Source: Neisseria flavescens (lineage in GTDB: Bacteria > Pseudomonadota > Gammaproteobacteria > Burkholderiales > Neisseriaceae). From it: a stretch of DNA of 32,000 bases. A program made the translations under genes and the position numbers. The DNA lies in NCBI RefSeq assembly GCF_001618075.1, contig NZ_LAEJ01000024.1, one strand, 5' to 3'. The notes under the pieces are model-generated. The model had not been told where the DNA came from. It was given only the letters and a program-made list of their open reading frames with translations, and ran no database searches. Shown here one piece after another: positions 28,549-32,000 of the stretch (position 1 is its first letter; each line of letters begins with the position of its first letter).

Positions 28549-30123
28549 TTATTTTCCGGCTACTTCTTCATCTTTTATAAAATCCGATACGCCATGGACA
28601 CAGCGGATTTTGCGTTCCGACAATGTTGCCTCCAATAAAGCATCGTTTTGCGGCAAGGAATCGCGTTCTGCCTCATTGTGCCAGAGGTGATACGCAATGC
28701 CGGCAAATTTCAAATTATGGCGTTTCATCCCGTTATGATAGCAACGGGCGACAAATTCGCTGTCTTCCCTGCCCCAACCGACAAAGCTATTGTCAAACCC
28801 GTTGACGGCCAGCGCATCGCTGCGGAAAAAGCCCATATTGCAGGTTTTTATGCCTTTGTGTTTGCGGTTGCCTTTTCGGCCTGCCAATTTGGCCAAACAA
28901 CGACAGCGCAGGGCGGACAGCCGTTTTTCTATTCCCGAGCTGAACATAGACAAAGCAGGCAAATCGCCTTCGTCCAAAATATCCTGCGTTTTATCCTCAG
29001 TCAAAATCACGCGGGAACCCTGTATCAGACGGCCTTTGCGGGCAATCTTCAAATGATCGGCGATAAAAGACGGATCCAAGACCATATCGCCGTCAATCAA
29101 CACAATATAATCGCTTTTCGCCTGCGCCAACGCACGATTGCGCGATTCGGCGGCACGAAAGCCCCTATCCGGCTGCCATGAATGCTTAACAGGAATGCTT
29201 GTTCTGCGGCGGATAAAATCAACCACTTCGGCGGTTTCCTGCCTTGAGCCGTCATCCGCGACAATAATCTCATCCGGCAGACGGGTTTGCGATAAAGCCG
29301 ATTTCAACACCAGCTCCAAAGCATCGGGGCGGTTGTAAGTGGTGATGATGAGGGAGACGGTTATCGTGCGGTTGCGCTCGTAGAGTTTGACATATTTGTA
29401 ATACGAACCTTGCGCATTGGATACCGAAATCGTCAGGCCGTCCGCCCCATAGGCAAAGCCGCGCTTGAGCAGATAGTTCTTCACAAACGATACGCCGCCA
29501 TGCAGCAAAGCCTTAAACGGCGAACTGTCTTTCTTGAAGCGGTTTTCTTCCGCATACAGCGAACTGTACTGCTGCATTTTTTGAATCAGCCCTTCGGCGT
29601 TTTCAAAAGAATAATGTTTCAGACGGCCATTAAGTTGTTTAACCTTGGCTTCCTGCGGCAACACCAAAGACTCATGCACCTGACGGTCAGAAAAACGGGT
29701 AAATCTGCGATGGTAAAGGCGCGGAATAATATCCGGATACCAACCGCAGCCTTTAATCAGTCTGCCGTGGTAATGGTTCAGACGGGAAAGCGAAAAAATA
29801 TGCTCCTTCTCATTTTCCAAAACGGCTGCACGAATGGATTCGATTAAAACCTCATCCGCCACTTCATCGCTGTCTATGCTGAAAATCCAATCGTTTTGTG
29901 CCAGTCTGGCCGCCAGATTTTTCATCGGGCCAAACCCGATAAAGTCATGCTTGTAATAGCTGACATTGGGAAAACCCTTGGCAATTTCAAAAGTACGGTC
30001 GGTCGAGCCGTTGTCCAACAACAGGACCTCGTCAAAGTCTTTCAGCGCATTCAAAACTTCTGAAAGATAACGTTCTGAATTTTTTACCAACATGGCGGCG
30101 GTTGCCGGAATTGTGTGCATCAT
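28549..30123 (-). CDS. Two-domain family-2 glycosyltransferase (LgtF/WaaE-like N-terminal domain fused to a second GT2 domain)
   Basis: 524 aa. Domain 1 (about 1-250) has LLLDNGSTDRT and SIDSDE plus the helical C-terminal region typical of LgtF/WaaE-type core glucosyltransferases. Domain 2 (about 255-524) has SLIITTYNRPD, ADDGS, IDGD and GWGREDSEF. Confidence 0.8.
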   Translation of the reverse strand: MMHTIPATAAMLVKNSERYLSEVLNALKDFDEVLLLDNGSTDRTFEIAKGFPNVSYYKHDFIGFGPMKNLAARLAQNDWIFSIDSDEVADEVLIESIRAAVLENEKEHIFSLSRLNHYHGRLIKGCGWYPDIIPRLYHRRFTRFSDRQVHESLVLPQEAKVKQLNGRLKHYSFENAEGLIQKMQQYSSLYAEENRFKKDSSPFKALLHGGVSFVKNYLLKRGFAYGADGLTISVSNAQGSYYKYVKLYERNRTITVSLIITTYNRPDALELVLKSALSQTRLPDEIIVADDGSRQETAEVVDFIRRRTSIPVKHSWQPDRGFRAAESRNRALAQAKSDYIVLIDGDMVLDPSFIADHLKIARKGRLIQGSRVILTEDKTQDILDEGDLPALSMFSSGIEKRLSALRCRCLAKLAGRKGNRKHKGIKTCNMGFFRSDALAVNGFDNSFVGWGREDSEFVARCYHNGMKRHNLKFAGIAYHLWHNEAERDSLPQNDALLEATLSERKIRCVHGVSDFIKDEEVAGK

Positions 30124-30206
30124 AAAAGGGCCGTCTGAAAAAGGAAGCTGTATTTTAACCGATATACCGCTACAATATGTCCTCCTTTTTTCAGACGGCC
30201 TAACTC

Positions 30207-31172
30207 ATGCAGCTTATTCTCGCCCCCATGCAGGGGCTGGTGGACGATGTGATGCGCGACCTGTTGACGAGTATCGGCGGATTTGACGAATGCGTCAGCG
30301 AATTTGTCCGCATTACGCACACGGTCCACTCACGCGCCACTTGGCTTAAATATGTTCCCGAAATCGCCCATGCCAACCGCACGCCGGCCGGCACGCCCTG
30401 CACTGTCCAGCTTTTGGGCAGCGATGCGGAAAACATGGCCGTCAATGCTTTGGAAGCCGTGCGTTTCGGTGCGGACAAAATCGACCTCAACTTCGGCTGC
30501 CCCGCGCCGACGGTCAACAAACACAAAGGCGGCGCGGTCTTGCTCAAAGAGCCCGACTTGATTTACCACATCGTCCACACCCTGCGCCAACGCCTGCCGC
30601 AACACATTCCGCTGACTGCCAAGATGCGGCTCGGTTATGAAGACAAAAGTCTGGCATTGGAATGCGCCTCCGCGATTGAAAACGGCGGCGCATGCGCGTT
30701 AACCGTCCATGCGCGCACCAAAGTCGAAGGCTACGAACCGCCGGCACATTGGGAATGGGTACGCAAAATCCGCGATGCAGTCAGTATTCCCGTTACTGCC
30801 AACGGCGATGTATTCAGCCTTCAAGACTATCTCGACATTAAAACCGTCAGCGGATGCGACAGCGTGATGCTCGGGCGCGGCGCAGTTATCCGTCTCGACT
30901 TGGCGCGGCAAATCAAGCAATATGAAAACGGTGAAACAGTGCAAGACACCGACTTTGCTGAAGTCTCCTCATGGATAGTCCAATTCTTCAACTTATGCCT
31001 TGCCAAAGAAGCCAACAACAAATATCCGGTTGCCCGCTTGAAACAGTGGCTGGGCATGATGAAAAAAGAGTTTGAACAGGCGCAGGTATTGTTTGACCGC
31101 ATCCGCGCCGTTAAAGAAGCGGATGAAGTAAAACAGATTCTGCTGTCATTTGAGCAAGAGATGCATTCATGA
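30207..31172 (+). CDS. dusC: tRNA-dihydrouridine(16) synthase DusC
   Basis: N-terminus MQLILAPMQGLVD..EFVRIT. NFGCP and VHARTK are Dus-family motifs, and the length and N-terminus match DusC. Confidence 0.85.
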   Translation: MQLILAPMQGLVDDVMRDLLTSIGGFDECVSEFVRITHTVHSRATWLKYVPEIAHANRTPAGTPCTVQLLGSDAENMAVNALEAVRFGADKIDLNFGCPAPTVNKHKGGAVLLKEPDLIYHIVHTLRQRLPQHIPLTAKMRLGYEDKSLALECASAIENGGACALTVHARTKVEGYEPPAHWEWVRKIRDAVSIPVTANGDVFSLQDYLDIKTVSGCDSVMLGRGAVIRLDLARQIKQYENGETVQDTDFAEVSSWIVQFFNLCLAKEANNKYPVARLKQWLGMMKKEFEQAQVLFDRIRAVKEADEVKQILLSFEQEMHS

Positions 31173-31177
31173 TTCAA

Positions 31178-31207
31178 AAAGGCCGTCTGAATTTCAGACG
31201 GCCTTTG
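31178..31207. terminator. Bidirectional inverted-DUS terminator
   Basis: aaaggccgtctgaa-t-ttcagacggccttt, a near-perfect palindrome. Confidence 0.85.
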
Positions 31208-31213
31208 ATTTCG

Positions 31214-31939
31214 TCACCTACATACATAATCAGCCAACAGTCTGCCTTTTTCCGCACTGGCTGCATTAGCCATATTTACCTGTCTGGTCTCAGGGCCATT
31301 CTTGGATTTCAGGGCTTCGCTATATTTTCTGGCAAATTCTTTATTGGCACTGGTCACTCTTGACTCAGTGGAATCCAATATAAACCCGTCTTGCTCATAT
31401 TTGCCTTGCGCAGTAATAATCAAGATATTTTCAGGCGAAGGATAATCCGGAAAATTAACATAGTTGGTAACCAGCTTGTAGGAAACGCCTTTGCCGTGTT
31501 TCATATCCTGACAAATGCCGTTAGGCGCGGTAAAGACTGCATGGCCGATACGGCCGTGGCCGAAATCGTAAAAATCGATTCTCTTCGCAGAAGCCAATTG
31601 TTTTTTATCGTTGCCGTCATTTACATTTAATGACTTGCCGTTTACCAAAAACAGGGTTGGCAACAAGGGGCTGCCATGAGAGGCTTCCAAATTATATGCT
31701 TCGCCCAACAGCTTGCCCTGACGATACACCGTCAAGACAGGCTTTTTCAGACCATTTTCCGGATTGCCGGTTTTCTTAAAAGAAATCTTCTGAACCACAT
31801 TGCCAAATTCATAATAAGGCCGCGACTGCACGCCTGTTTTCGTATCCTGCAAGGCGCTCCAGCTGCCGTCCGTCGTTTGGGCGCACGCAGTCAGAGCAAC
31901 AAACAGAATACCCGATAGTAAAACTTTAGAATGTTTCAT
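31214..31939 (-). CDS. Lipoprotein of unknown function
   Basis: 241 aa with signal peptide and lipobox (FVALTAC). I recognised no family motif. Confidence 0.7.
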   Translation of the reverse strand: MKHSKVLLSGILFVALTACAQTTDGSWSALQDTKTGVQSRPYYEFGNVVQKISFKKTGNPENGLKKPVLTVYRQGKLLGEAYNLEASHGSPLLPTLFLVNGKSLNVNDGNDKKQLASAKRIDFYDFGHGRIGHAVFTAPNGICQDMKHGKGVSYKLVTNYVNFPDYPSPENILIITAQGKYEQDGFILDSTESRVTSANKEFARKYSEALKSKNGPETRQVNMANAASAEKGRLLADYVCR

Positions 31940-32000
31940 TCATAAACTCCTTCTCAAGTAAACAAAAGAACGGATGTGTGCCTTTACTGCCTAATTTTGT

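Overview
This window is a Neisseria-type chromosomal segment. By eye I count about 35 exact copies of the 10-mer DNA uptake sequence GCCGTCTGAA/TTCAGACGGC. Most are in the AG-DUS form AGGCCGTCTGAA, and many sit as inverted pairs that form intergenic terminators. About three quarters of the window is ordinary housekeeping: truB (partial), nnrE, crcB, ftsK, a PEBP-family gene, ypfJ, pgm, rpe, a DUF815 ATPase, ribE, rlmJ, fbp, rfaF, guaB, a Dcu-family transporter, a two-domain glycosyltransferase, dusC and several lipoprotein or secreted-protein genes. Two mobile elements interrupt it. (1) A 1.2-kb IS5-family (IS1106-like) insertion sequence at 5777-6995 has perfect 17-bp terminal inverted repeats and a transposase broken by an in-frame TAA. 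(2) A filamentous (Inovirus, Neisseria Nf/MDA-like) prophage of about 7.6 kb lies at roughly 11.7-19.3 kb, all on the minus strand. It encodes a Rep_trans-type replication initiator, a pVIII-like major coat protein, a pIII-like adsorption protein, a pVI-like protein, a Zot/pI assembly NTPase and an IS110/Piv-type recombinase. The most interesting material is inside the prophage: two extra cargo ORFs (a 78-aa extremely acidic protein and an AT-rich 97-aa ORF whose RBS and start codon sit in a hairpin); -1 frame breaks at short A-runs in both the pIII-like and Zot-like genes; an unannotated 21-aa hydrophobic ORF; and a highly structured non-coding region next to the IS110-type recombinase that could be a packaging signal/origin or a guide (bridge-type) RNA. 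All family assignments come from motif recognition by eye. No searches were run.
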